This document shows positions 1 to 13,476 of a stretch of DNA of 64,000 bases, one piece after another. Positions within the stretch are counted from its first letter, which is position 1. Each line of letters opens with the position of its first letter. Position numbers and translations under genes: made by a program. The notes under the pieces are model-generated. The model worked only from the letters and a program-made list of their open reading frames with translations. It was not told the origin of the DNA and searched no databases. The stretch is taken from the NCBI GenBank assembly GCA_012026655.1, contig JAAILG010001297.1:1-64000 (forward strand), read 5' to 3'. The DNA comes from Hydrolagus affinis (taxonomy: Eukaryota).

Positions 1-2304
1 CCCACCCACCCACCTTCGCCTTCGCTTTCCCAGTGTCATTTAAATCAACTGATGTATTTACTGTCAAGAATGGCTGAATACATTCCAGGTCACAGTGCAA
101 AACAAGACTGGCTAATTGCATTCTGTACTTCACGGCTGCAAAGCTTCCATCTCCTATAACAACAGCATGCCTGAAGTGGTAAGAATATTCATCAAGCACA
201 AATGGCACAGACACCTCCTTGTTATGATTCTGCAAGACCAATCACTACTGCCCTAAGGTCATTTATAAACCTCAGCCCACTACTAACAGCAAAACAAGTG
301 AGTGGCAAAGCTCTCCCTTTCATATTAAAATGACACATCAACACACACGCCAACAAAGAACTTCTGAGAAAGAAATCAAGAAAAACCCTTCAGAGCCAGG
401 ATCAGGGGTCAGTAACCTGGATGGAAATTAATACAGATTCTATTTTCTTAAATCATTAGAGTAGGAAGCCTGCTATTAAGCTGTAGAATCTAAATGATGA
501 TGAACTTGATCCTTTGAATTAATTCTCCCCTCCTCTTCTCCCAAACCAATCCTGTTTATATTTGGTACGTCGAGTTACGGCAGCAGATGTAAGCAGCATT
601 GCCAGCCCTGTGAATCTCACACAATCAATGTACACCTGATATTTTTCACACTTAAATATCAGGAGGGACATCAAGGCACCCGATTAAAATCAACATGCTG
701 TCAATAACGGTTCGAGATTAATGTTGTTTTCGCAAGTGAGATTTAAAGAAAAAGAAAGATTCTGAGGTGCAGAACGAGTGCAGATTGGTAGTGAAACTAA
801 GCTTCACTGTCGTGCCGTGAGCGATAAAATCCCCGCGCACACCCCTTCTGAACGTTACAGTCCTTAAATCAATAACAACTGTGGTGCTCCCCATCTTTGT
901 GGATGGTACGAGACACCTCTCAATGAATTAGGAGGCAGCAGTCTATCAAAGGGTATTCAGGCTACGTTGCATATTGTCACAGCAATGTTTTTGTCTGAAC
1001 CCCCTCGACTGGATTGCCCGGCTCGCGCGACTGCTGCTGTTTAATATACACACCGCCTCAGATCTCCTTTCGCATTTGAGAAGATAAGACATAGAACAAA
1101 GAATGTAAGGGATTTTCTGACAAAGGGCCCAAGGGTATATTGGATTTGAGACCCAGGACCCATGCTACAAACTGGTTAATTTTATTTACAGTGAGTTGAA
1201 AGAAAACAAGATGTGCATATATTAGATAATATTGTACCTATGATGACATTTAATGTAACCAGCTATATTTCAAAGGAAGCCTACTAATGTCTTATTTATA
1301 TATTTTTATATATTGGAATTGGTTATCCCCCCACCCCCACCAAAATCTAGAAAAGCCAAATCTATAGGCTAAAGGGCATCTCGGAGAACACAAAATCACT
1401 TAAACCTAGTGTCTAACAGGAAGCTGAGTGGAGTAATGAGCCAACATGTTTGAATCTGTGTTGCTTCAGAGAAGTGGAAGGATCTGAGTAATTGCATTTT
1501 CCCCCCCACTACCGATAATCGTTTCAGCAGAGGAAGAATTCAAGCTTCCTCTATTCAACAAAGACTTCCCTGGGAAAAAAAAATAATCTGAACTGACTGC
1601 AATTTCAGTCCCCTAGTCTGCTGCATTCATTTATACCAGGGAGGTCGCCAATGTCAAGTGCATGCTCTTCAATTCTTACAATTTTCCTGTTCCTGACATC
1701 CACGAGTGTGCTCGCCTCAACCACACAGTCGGGAGGCGACCAATGTGCAAACGATTAAACGTATACAATACATCAGCCGTGAGGTTCAAAAGAAAAATTG
1801 CATTGCAGCACCAAACAGCTCCGCGTGGAGTTTAGTTATTTTTGCAGCAACAAAAAAAACACAGCAGTTAAATACTCAGATAAAACAAGGCCTTCCCCCC
1901 CTCCGTTTTTAATGAAGGTTTTTAAAAAAAATATATACATTGGAGGTAAAAATCCTAAATGATCCAGTAGGTGCCAATGTGCATTTGGTGAGGGCAAGAG
2001 TAGATTTCTTTCCCCCTCCCACTGCCTTTTCTGTCCCACTTAGAGTACAATGGCTCATCTTCTACCACTGAAAGCTGCAGCAGCCCTTTTCAATGATAGA
2101 CATGTCAATTTTAAACCGGTTCCATAAATTTATAAGAACCGGTGACTTATGCACTTTTAGGCAAACTCAATAAGAGCAGATAGACCACTGCAGTAAATGC
2201 AGAATTAGGTTTATTCCTCCACCCCCGCACCCACCCGGAATAAACCTTTAAATGGAGCGCAACTGGATGAAATGACCACGAGAATTGAAACTTATTTTGG
2301 AAAA

Positions 2305-2435
2305 ACTACTACTACTAATAATAATAATTAATCCTCGCATTTTGATATAGGGTCTTATCATGTCATCGGGACGTCTCAAATAGCTTCGTAGAATAAATTG
2401 TAAAGAGGATTGCCTGTGTATTTTGTGCGCGAAAC
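2305..2435 (-). mobile_element. Young tRNA/Deu SINE, 3' fragment
   Basis: Reverse complement of the tail gagacgtc...ctatatcaaaatgcgaggat(tat)n seen in the full copies. Confidence 0.75.
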
Positions 2436-3665
2436 TAGATTTTCCTTTGATGTTCCTGAAAGTATTTTGCAGGAAAGTGCTCTTATAGACACAGTCGAGC
2501 AGCCTGCCAAACCCATTCTGTGCTTGAAAAATGGCCATTTGGGCAAATGACACAGGATGGAAGATTCCCACAGAATACTCGCACTCTAGTATGAGCCAGT
2601 CTGGTCAGGGTAGAAATCGGGGGAGACCGATTAGGAACTGGATTTGGCTTGAGAAATAGACTTGGGTAATTTCTGAATTGGCAGTCTCTCTGAAGTCACA
2701 GTTCAAAGCCACAGAGACCAGAGAAAATACATTTTGGGTTCCTAATCCCAGCTGTTGTTCGAATTGGATTATCAGACCTGTATCTCTATCTGCATTACGC
2801 TTGTGTGCATTTGAATAAAGGGCGTTTTATTTGTCTTCCCCCTTGGTGGTTTTTTAAAAATATTCTGCAACGATTGGCTACGTCAAAAATAAATTTTTAA
2901 TCGGGTGGGATTTATTTTGGTGTCTGCCCATCGTGGTAAATGAAGCAAATAATTATCAGAGGTGCATAAAGCACAAAATGTACGTAAGTGCACTGTTTAG
3001 AACGCTTGGTTATCGGGAGGTATGAAACTGTTGCATGGAGTGAAACAGAAACGTCTTTGTAAAATCGGAAAACACCTCTGCTCCAATAATCTGCTTCCCT
3101 CTTTCTATATATATAAAAAAACAAACACTCAGGGCTAAGAGTTTTGTGGCACCTGTGATAAGAATTTATTTCTCTCAATTAGTTGGACTTGTCCCCAGTC
3201 CCAGTTCATCAGCTCAGAGCAGCAAAGTCAATGAAAGCGCCAGTAATGAAGTAATCAGATGCAGCCAGGCTCGCTGGCTTGCTTTGACCACCACGGAAGG
3301 ACAGGCTCTTCAATAACAGCCTCTAAGGTAACTCAAAGACTTGCTCTTCCCATCGCACCTCCCTGCTGCTCACACAGGCGCTGACATGACACTTAAACCA
3401 GGGAGAAATCAATGCAAGGTGACAAAAAGTAGGGTCGTTCGAAAAAAAAGGCGATGCTATCAGTGAAACACAGACTCACACAGTCTACTCCTCGTCTCGG
3501 ACCACCCAAAATCCTGAGCGTTTATCTAGATTTCTCCTCAATCTCCTGAGGAAACACTCCACACATGCACAAAACATGCAAACATTCCAGAAATATACAA
3601 CCATTCTGCAGTAGCACAGATAGCATTGTGAATTTGCCAAACTGTGGATTCTCAAAAATATTATC

Positions 3666-3730
3666 TAATAATAATAATAATCATGCTTGCATTTGATATA
3701 GCGCTTTTCACGTCTTCTAGACTTCTCAAG
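3666..3730 (-). mobile_element. Young SINE 3' tail
   Basis: (taa)n-tcatgcttgcatttgatatagcgcttttcacgtcttctaga matches the tails of the full copies. Confidence 0.75.
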
Positions 3731-3872
3731 AAAAGAATCAATGAAGACCAGGAGTGGGATTTCTCCTTAATAATATACTCGAATGTGTTTCATTCACTAC
3801 TATCAGGCCATGTGTCTCACATCTATTTGGAAGAACAGAACTTTGTATTTGGGACTTTGAAATCATGGTCTC

Positions 3873-4218
3873 GGCTGACCCTCAAATGTAGTGCTGAGGG
3901 AATGCTGTATTGTTAAGATGTGCAGTAATATGATGAGTCATTGAATCGAGATTCCATCTGCCTGTTCAGCCCGACATCATGGCCCTATTTGAAAAGCAAA
4001 GAGAGTTCCTCCCAGTGTCTCAGCCAACAAAACTCCCCCAAATAAATTTGGTCGTGCACTTCATAGTTATCTGTGGCACATCTGCTTTGTGCAGACTGAC
4101 TGTTGTGTTTGCCTACAAAGTACACAGTCACTACACTTTACGGTAAACCCTGAAATAACTTTTGACACCTTCTCCCGATGTGAAAAGCGCTACAATCCAA
4201 AGCAAGAATTATTCTTAA
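3873..4218 (+). mobile_element. Old DeuSINE (SacSINE1/AmnSINE1-like) body and tail
   Basis: gtagtgctgagggaatgctg...gatgagtcattgaatcgag...catggccctatttgaa...cagtcactacact...gtgaaaagcgctac follows the Deu-domain consensus order, but is degraded. Confidence 0.7.
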
Positions 4219-7200
4219 TAAGGAGATGACATTTACAAACCGCCACAAGTAGTGCTCCAGTACAGAACTCCTTAAGAACCCCTTGTCGGCCGCGTCATTG
4301 AGAAAGATTTACTTAAAACTTAAAAATTGCGGCTTGGAGTCATCGCGAATGCACAGTCCGCACGCTTTCTCCTTTTCACTCAAAGTTGAAAGTTGACATG
4401 TCAATTTTCCATTGTGCTACAAGTAAAACCTCCCTCTGCTGGTTCTGAGCAACAATGGTACTTAACTGTTCTGAGTCATTAACCTTTAGTGCAGTGCGGT
4501 GTAATGTGATGTACTACACTGAAGTCTACTGAAGGGCCCTATTGATCCAGCCAGTCTTTTCCACATAGTTTGTGCCTTCAAAGTTGTTTATGATCAATAT
4601 GCAAATGACTCACTGCATTGATCCAATATTAATTTTCAATTAGGAAATCCACAAGGGTCTGCAGGGTCAATATCTAACAATTCAAAGAAAAGTCCTGAGC
4701 AGGTGTAGACATCGACATTCTCCTCCGCTGAACAGCTTGCTTATTTCACATTTATTCTCTCATTTCCTTTTTATTCTGTCGTGTACACTTCACCGCAAAG
4801 GGCCTTTTTTTTTTAATTCCCCTCCCCTCCACCATTCCCTTTACCTCACACAGACACGGTTGACACCACTGGGAAAAAAGACTGCTCACGATACAGCGCT
4901 GTCACTCACAAAGATATTCGAGGCCACCGGTTTATAAATGGTGATGCTATCGCAATTAAATCATTTGGTCAACAACCGTCTCAGAGAGCTCTGATGCTGA
5001 AGCCCCAGCCAGAACCACGGAGCCTCTGGCTGTGTTAACCAGTCCATTTTCTACCAAGCCTAATTGGTTTACGGATAACATTAATTACCGTGTTGCTCAT
5101 TAATGGATGAAATCTTTATTGGTTCCATTGATCAGTGTGACTTGTTACCCATCTACCTAACCAATGGCGGATGTAACAAGATCACTTATTGGCATATCAA
5201 TTAATGCAATCAATTCCGAGCTAGCAGATGCCATTCGCTGTAAGGCTTATTTAAACATATAAGACAAAGGTCCGGCAATACAGGCTGCAAAGAAGCTTTT
5301 ATTTAAGAGGTGGTTTTATTCTGTCATTACTGGATCAAGACAAACTTAATAACACATCCTTGAGAAATGAAGCTACGGTTAATTAAAAAAAGTTGGTTTT
5401 TTTTTTAACCGTTACTTGGACCTCAATGTTTTTGTTAAATCCTTAATATTCAATTTTTTTTTTAAACGTATCAAAAATTGAATTCAATTTATCTGACATG
5501 AACACAAACCGCAGTCGTACCACCACAGACAGGAAGGTCAAGTTTCTCTACAGAATTATCAGCCATTGTCACAGCAACACACAAATGATTTTTTGACACA
5601 ATCCGCACCCAGCCGGCGAGATAGCGCAAAGAGTTCCATTTAAAAAAAAGATTAATTACATTAAATTAACTAACAAGAGTGGGCGAGTACCCTTTTAAAA
5701 CGTTGAACCTTAAATACATACAAACCGTATTATAATATGTTACAAATATTGACTGTGCTTGAGCATATAACATTAAGCTATTGACCACGGGGTCACTGGT
5801 GTGACCCTGGGGACAGAATTTTACCTTAGAGCCTGGAAAGCGCAGTCAATATTAGTTGGCTTATGGAACGTGAATTTATTTAAGAATGTCAAACCTTTTC
5901 ACCTGGTCTGGGCGGCTTCGCACTTTGGGAGTGTCATCGGGAAGCTCCATTCTGCTGATATCATTCCCTGGCATCAATAACTAGGCAGCAGTGAAAATTA
6001 TTTAATCTCACACGCACACACACACACACACAAAAAAATCCTTCCGTCAATCTGCATCGAGGGAGAGTCATACAATATGGATATAACCTTTGCCTCCATG
6101 ATCAATTGTGCTATTTTTTGTTTTTTTTTATATAAAAAGAGAGAGTGCTAGGTATTCCTCAGGCAAACATCGGTTCTCATGTTTAATTCCGCTCCGTTGG
6201 CTACATGACCTACCCATGTGGAGATACTTGCCTCTAATCTCCCATTTGACCACACACACTGGGACGGCCTGGCTCACAGTCACCTGCTCACACATACAGA
6301 TGCAAGGGCTTCTACCCTCTAGGCACGACTGCCAATTTCAGGAGAAATCTCCTTCAGGAGATAATAAGGGCACAGAGATAAAAGTGCTCGTGTCACTTGT
6401 GACATGTGCAAGAGTTGTTTCAGTCTTAGACAGATTATCAGACATTTCCACTCTCAGAAAGATTTACTGGTAAACTATAAGGATAATAGACCGGGTCATT
6501 ATTCTGCAAACAAACCACATAAAGCTCCATAAAGCTCTCGCGCTGCCCTGAATGTATTATTTCAGAAATGGTTCATGGATTTACTTCAGGTAAAACAGCG
6601 AGGGTTTTAAAATCAGTTTTCACCTCACCCCTCCCTCTCTCCTCAAGGGCTCGAGAGGCAGGGGACACGATACCCCAGGCAATTTGGCATCTCACGCGCA
6701 AGGCTAGACGGCAAGCACCATTCAACAATAGCAGGCTTCAGAAGCGTGCTTGATGCTTTTTCCTCGACCATCCTTCACGTACATGTACTTCCCAGCCGCA
6801 GTCAATGGGTAACAATCACCATTGACTGATTGTCCCCAAATGCATCACTAGCAGCACCCCCACCCCCACCCACCGCACCCGTGCATGCAAATCACAGTAT
6901 TTATATAAAATACACACATACACAAGAAATATTGCCGCAAAAAGTATTGGAGCAAACATTTTTTTTCAATGCACCTGCTTTGTACTCCTTTTATTTAAGC
7001 TGCAGAGACACACACTGGCTAGAAAAGGGACATAGTTCTGAACACCACAAATATTTTTATTGCTCATCCCCAGAAATGCCAAACGCTAAATAGAAGGTCG
7101 TGGGGGAGGGGGGGTGGGGGGGTGGAAGGGGGTTTCGTAATCAGATTTCATTTTCCAGCACTCGCATTAAGGAATTCAAGGAATGCAGAACGTATGAAGG

Positions 7201-9090
7201 AACTTGGCACAAGATGGATACTCTGAATGCACCATTTGCAGCTTGAATACTTACAATAAATAAACACAAAAAACAAATCCCATCCACTCAGCTTTATAAA
7301 TTCATCCGTCCTTTCAGAAACGTTTCTTTAGAATTCAATAAAGAATCACTGAGGCGTTTTTTTTCCTCTCTCTCTCTCCACGCTTTCAGGTTTCTCTCTC
7401 ATTTTAAGACTGCGGAAGCCTTCTGTTTAAAATCAATCCACTGAACTTCATCTTTCAATGAAAGTGAAAGGGGTTTCTGCTTCTGCAGTGAAACTCCAAA
7501 GTGCGGAACCCAAACACTGCACCCGGTTCATTTTGGGACCAGTTTTAAGCTGTTTTAAGCAAAACAAACCGACTAATAAGGATGACAACTCTGTAAAAAG
7601 GGGAGAGGGTGTGGGTGACCAGCGAGAAATTAAAGTGCGAAGTGATGAATTGCTTTGAATGGGGGAGGAAGTATTTAAAAAATCAGACAGATAGAGAGAG
7701 AGAGAGAGACAGAGAGCGAGAGTGGAAACGTAAGCAAGCTCTGCAATAACACGACTGGTTTGGGAGAGTGAACATTTCAAAAAAGCTGTCAGTTCTCATG
7801 TCAACACCAACTTCCTTAAGGTTCAACGACACGGAGGCAAATCACTAACAGCAGAGGACAAGTGCTGCCGACACACGACCCCACACGTGCCTGACAAGTG
7901 ACACAAAACCAAAGGAGCCGAGATAGCTGTGATGGAAACGACAGGGCCTCTTGCAACACTCCCCCTCTGTATGTTCTGATCCGAGAACTGAGCCAGCATT
8001 CAGCTCCACTTGCGATGACGAACTCCATCCTCTCCTCTCTTCCTTCCTCCCCCACCACCCCCCCCTCCCCCCCACCTTATATCTTCTAAATTATAGACGA
8101 GCTCCTAACTTGGCTGGTGTGCGTACAATAATGTTACAAGGTAGTTTTACACAGTGATAATGCACCAGTAATATATACACTGGCAAAGCTCGGCGCTGGT
8201 AACATGTTTAACAGTAGCTGTTGTATTGTTTCCATCAGACATCTTGAGGAAAACATGGGCTAGGGATAAAACACTTTAGATTTGCCGAACAATACATGCT
8301 TTAGAGGTTTCAGAAGCTTAAGTACACGTTTTAAAGGCAAGTAAATGTCACTGCAATGCTCTCTGTTCTTCTTCACATTGGCATACGCCTCAAGTGGAGG
8401 GCACTTAAAGCTGCCAGTTTGTTCAAACCTAAACGCCTGTTCAGGAATTAGGTTTCTTGGGCAACACACATTTACGTTGACACTTTTCGGGGTGGGGAAA
8501 AAGCCAATGAACTAAAGGGCAATGTCTGCAATAGGAACTAGTGAAGGCTGAGGACGTATTGCTGTGCGAACCCATCAGGAAACGGTCGTCGTCGAACACG
8601 ATGGGAAACTTTTTGAGAAATGCACTGTTGAAGCAGGCTTAAACTGAGTCACGCAGAGTAGGAACGTCTGAGATGTGATGCCGCAACATGTAAGTGTTCC
8701 TCCAGGTATCGGGATGTTACTATCAGTTACCAGTTATCCCTCACGGGTTGGGAAGCAGAACAGTCCACAAGAAATTTGTGTTTTTGTTGATTTGTGTGAT
8801 CTGACGACAATCTCCATCTTTAGACACGGAGAGGGAACCAAAACAGACCGTGGAACTTCACCTAGAATGGACCAGTACCTTTGTGAGAGGGAGGGGATGG
8901 CAAGATGATGGAACTGGATGAAAGAGAAATGACCTAATCAAAACAATTACACGTGGAAAATTCTCAAGAATGAAAATGGCAGAATTAAAATGCTAAGCAA
9001 AAACAGTTTGAAAGAGACAAATAGGGGTCAAACACGGGGTGTTTGCTGAGAGTTAATATTTCCTTCCTTGTTTATAATTGGATAACCCAT

Positions 9091-9404
9091 TAATAATAAT
9101 AATCATAATCCTTGCATTTGATATGGCGCTTTCACGTCCTCTAGACGTCTCAAAGCGCTTCACAGAATATACTGTAAAGGAAATTGCCTGTATATTTGTG
9201 GGTGGAACTCAACAGCCAATTCCACACAGCAGTGTCCCACAAACAGCCGTGGATTGAAGTGACCAATTTATTATTTTTTTCTTGCAGGACTATTACCAGC
9301 CATGTAGAGTAAGGAAACTTGTCCAAGGTTTCGCCCTGCTGGGAATCAAACCAGGTCTCTCGCTTGCGAGATGAGGGCTCTAACCACTGAGCTACAGGAC
9401 TCCA
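9091..9404 (-). mobile_element. Full-length young tRNA-derived SINE
   Basis: Minus strand has the head ggagtcctgtagctcagtggttagagc (A box) and ggtttgattccc (B box), the body tgtttgtgggacactgctgtg, and the tail gcgctttgagacgtc...aaatgcaaggat(tat)n. Confidence 0.9.
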
Positions 9405-10098
9405 CTGTAGCACGTCTGGGAGAAGCTTTGTTCTCATTAGCATACAAGAAGACCCCCGAAGAATCAATTGAATCAGAGATACACTCCGCTGTCATGGCAA
9501 TTAAGTAAAATATTAAACAATGAGTTGCAGTTAACTGTGTTGGGAGGAAGCCTGATGATCCACCTCTGGTTCTGAACTCGAAAACAAATCGGAACAAGGA
9601 TCACAAACAACAAAGTTATCAAAAAGCTAGCAATTCTTGGCAACTATAGCCAGGGACTTTTCTTCTGACCAGCATGACCCATTCGCTGTGGGGACCACCG
9701 CGACACACAATTCAACGGTAAAATGGCTGCACAGGGTCTAAGGGCTCGAGCTGTTTATCGGGCTATAACAGTGGATCACTCCACTGAGCAAACATCCTTT
9801 TTTGCTCACCTCATGAGCCAACGCAGCCTCCTCACAACCATAAAGAGCTGCATAATTAAAGAACTTGCAGCACTCAGCAATCCAGTCCCCAAGATTGGTT
9901 ATGACAGTCCAGTACAAAGCTGAGTTTTAATAATTCAATCCATTCCTGTACTTTGGCATGTCTCCGTGTGGTTTATTGGGGTGACAACCCAACCACACCA
10001 TAAACACTGGAAGCGGCAGCGAGTGACCTTAATTACATTTGACAGCCACTCCGCATCCAAAATGTACAGAACTCCGCACTATCATCTCACACTTCGAA

Positions 10099-10153
10099 CA
10101 TACATACACACACACACGCACACACACACACACACGCGTGCGCGCGTGCACAC
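10099..10153. repeat. (CA)n microsatellite ending in a CG/TG alternating tract
   Basis: catacatacacacacacacgcacacacacacacacacgcgtgcgcgcgtgcacaca. Confidence 0.9.
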
Positions 10154-10419
10154 AGAGCCTGGGAACACATTTTTGGTTGTCCATGTGCAACACAAACTAC
10201 AAATTGGCTGGCAGATGCAATTTCGTTTTGTTCTTTGAAGGGTTAACTTTTTTTTAACTATAGAAAAGTAATGCCGTTTTTAATTGCACACCTTCCCTCA
10301 CTGACAGTCCAGAATACTGAACAAAGATTATGAAGTTGCAAAGTGGATTTGGGTAGAAGAGAAGTTTTGTATGTAAAGGTAAAGAATATAAAACCACAGA
10401 GTACTAATTGTGAGTTAGA

Positions 10420-10775
10420 CTGTAGTTAAAGTATCGTATTAAAGTATCTTTGGTCACCCCCACTTTAGGAAGATGTCAAGGCCATTGAGAGGGTTCAGAG
10501 AGGATTTGCTGGAATTGGTTACCAGGGATGGGTATTTGGGTCTACAAGCAGAGGCTGGAGCAACTGTGTCTGTTTTTACTGGAATTGAGAAGGCTGTGTC
10601 ACTGGGTGAGAGAATCTGTGACTGGGAGGAATCGATTTAGGCTATTGTTGCAGTATAGAACACCTTTCCAGGTGCAGTGGTCAACGGGAGAATCCGTATT
10701 ATCTTTCAAGAGGGAACTAGACCGTTGTCTAAAAGAGGATTCAATTTGCAGATGTATGAGACTGAATGGATTGCA
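10420..10775 (+). mobile_element. CR1 LINE ORF2 3' fragment, decayed
   Basis: tttggtcaccccc-actttaggaagatgtcaaggccattgagagggttcagagaggattt matches the CR1 FWSPHFRKDVKALERVQRRF region. It continues with LEQLCLFLLELRRL (LEKLGLFSLERRRL) and SFKRELD. Frameshifted. Confidence 0.85.
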
Positions 10776-13144
10776 AATCTTCACAATTATCTAATCGAAT
10801 CGGTTATTAAGTGTAGCAAATTTCACCCCTCCCGATTTCGAAGTTAAAGGCAAATTTGCTGGTATGACTACAAATGCCACAAAATAGCAGAAATGCCTAT
10901 TTTTTTTAAAAAAAACCAAGTGCCTCTTTGTCCAGTGGGAAACAATAGTTCTCATTGATAGCATTTAGCTACTGGCATAAAAAAAAGTATATTTATTTTA
11001 ACAGCCTATAAAAATGTTTTAATTTGGGCGTGAGTGATTAGAAAATGTGACTTTTTAAAATCTAACATCACATGTCACTGAATTGGACCACACCAGTTAT
11101 GTCGCAACAGATTTCTGTTAGTAAATTTGGTACACATCATTAAAGTGGACTCCAGGTCCGTCAACCAGAAATAAACTGTCAGTGAGAAAATTAGTGTGAG
11201 TTCTTTACAAAAAAGGGGGAGGTTGAGTTAAAAGCAAGCAAGAGAAACTAGAAAAATAACTGGGTCAGAGAATGTATGGAATCAGTTTGGTGATCAAAGG
11301 GTGATGCCAATTTGCTGTGAGATTTTTAACAAATGAGAGATTCAGCCTAGCTGACCAAAACGGCAATGAATGGCTGTTACAAGCTTATCATGCCATAGCT
11401 GTGCTAGCTGTGCTATAAGGACTTGCTATTTTCCTAGACTTCTTGCCACTTTTCCAGAGACGAGAAGAAAACTTCAGAGGTTCCAGTTGAGTAGGTGATT
11501 TTGTATGTTGTAGGAAAACATGGGCACCCAAACCAAATATACAATCCCACAATTCCGTCATGCGCCCCACATCACCGACACAGCAACCTGTTGGGTCATG
11601 AAGATCCAAGAAACAAACAGTCCAATAGTGTAAGAATCTTCGGGGATCTGAGGTTGGAGCTGGCGTTACTCAAACACAAATTCTTTTTAAATAGCTTCGA
11701 ACCACCTATGTGGACCAGACGAAAATGGATCTGTCCCTTTAAGTATGACTAAGTGGTGTGGTCTCCATTGAGGCCCCGTTATCAGCATGGTTTGCAATTT
11801 AACTCTGTTTTATGAACTAGCTGTTAGTTTGATTCAAGTCAGATCAAATCATCAGCCAGGGACTACCAAACCAGAAGTGTTGACCTTCATGCTCTGAGTA
11901 CAGTTTATCATAGATTTACTAGCCTACTGAAAGGGGCTGAACAGAAAGCAGCAGACTCCTGAAAACATTAATCCACACCACTTCACCTGTCAATATCCAA
12001 ATGGATGTGAGGTTAATGAATTTAAAAGAGCCAGAGATATTACACATTGAGTAGAATGAACTGTGTGAACTCATTTTTATATTTCAGTGTGGATGACAAG
12101 CCTCTTCCTTCAGGTCGCCAGACCCAACAAACCTTCAGCCACCTGCTTTGTGGAGCTACAGACGGAGCAGTTTTATTTTACACAAACTAAAGCCTTGGGT
12201 CCGGATGAAAGTTGGCGCTTCAGTTAAAAGTACCGCCCACAGCCTTGAGTGTCACTCACTAATCTCGGCCTTTACTTCTCATTTCAAAGTTCACCCTTTT
12301 CCTGCAGACATCTCCTCAAGTCATCAGCCGGGCGGAGGAAAGGAGGAGAAAGAGGACGAGGAGGAGAGGGGATGGATTTAGTCAGCATGACAACAGCCCA
12401 ATAATCTCCAAGATCACAGGTCACTGGTAAAAATTTTTGTGGAGAAGGAGGGGATTAAGAATACTTGGCTACTCCCTTCCCACCATCAACACCCCTGGGC
12501 TCTCCGCTTCCAAAGTCAAGGTGCTGCCGATTTGATTGTCCAACAGATGACATGAGAACCACGAGCCTGAACAAAGCGAGCCCAATGTGTCAGTGCATTT
12601 TAGCTTCGAACTCAAAGCCTCTTATTAGAAGGTAGACTGACAAACCAAGGTGCTGGGCAGCCCAGAAGCCAGCACACTCGCTACGCTGACTGTTCTGAGA
12701 TTTAGATTTTCGTCTTGCACAAAATAACTTGATTTGTTGGTTTCTCAAAAGGCGAATAATATGCAATTAACGCAAGGAGGTAATTCAAGACTTTTAATGC
12801 AATTTGGACAGCATTGATACAACGCATGACCTTAAGGGTGTTACCTATTTTGAAGGTTTTGTGCTCAAGAGTGCTCAGGAAAAACCCAATGAGAGCCTTT
12901 GCATTGGTAACACTGTATAAAGTTGTTTACAGAATCTGCTGTAGACATCAAGGACATAACCAGAGGGCAGGACGGGTGGTATTGAAGTTGTCTCACAACA
13001 TGGATTAGAATTAAACCCTGGGAAACACTGATCTGCTAATCAAAGTGCTGTAACTCGCAGCTTTGCCCAGTGACAGCATCACAGTCGGTCTGTGTCCTGG
13101 GCAAACATACCACCTGGAGAGTGGGGTGACTAGCGGACATCTCA

Positions 13145-13297
13145 AAGGTAACTGAGACAGATAAATGGACGAAAAGAATAGAAAGAATATTTGGGAGGCA
13201 AGAGCATAGTGAAAAGTCAGGGAAATGTGATTAGAAGATCTGCCCTGTTCCAATAAATGGCAGAAGAGGCTCGATGGGCTGAATAGCCTCCTCCTAT
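13145..13297 (+). mobile_element. CR1 3' end fragment
   Basis: Ends in aggctcgatgggctgaatagcctcctcct, the CR1 3' UTR hairpin motif also seen at 46801. Confidence 0.65.
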
Positions 13298-13329
13298 TGA
13301 TAAAAGAAGACATGTAAATGTCTGGTTGT

Positions 13330-13447
13330 AAAATACACAGTCACTACACTTTACAATGAGTCTTATGGTGCACTTGAGATGTCCTCCTCAGTGAAAGTCG
13401 CTTTATCAAATGTATGGATTATTATTCTTATTGTTATTATTATTATG
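13330..13447 (+). mobile_element. SINE 3' tail
   Basis: aaaatacacagtcactacactttaca...gtgaaagtcgctttatcaaatgtatggat(tat)n. Confidence 0.75.
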
Positions 13448-13476
13448 CAGCACACACGCAGCACTACAAAAACCCC

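Noticed and set aside
7102-7132. G-run tracts (also 61516-61550) as functional G-quadruplexes
   Set aside because: Such G/C runs recur throughout the window and look like background low-complexity sequence.
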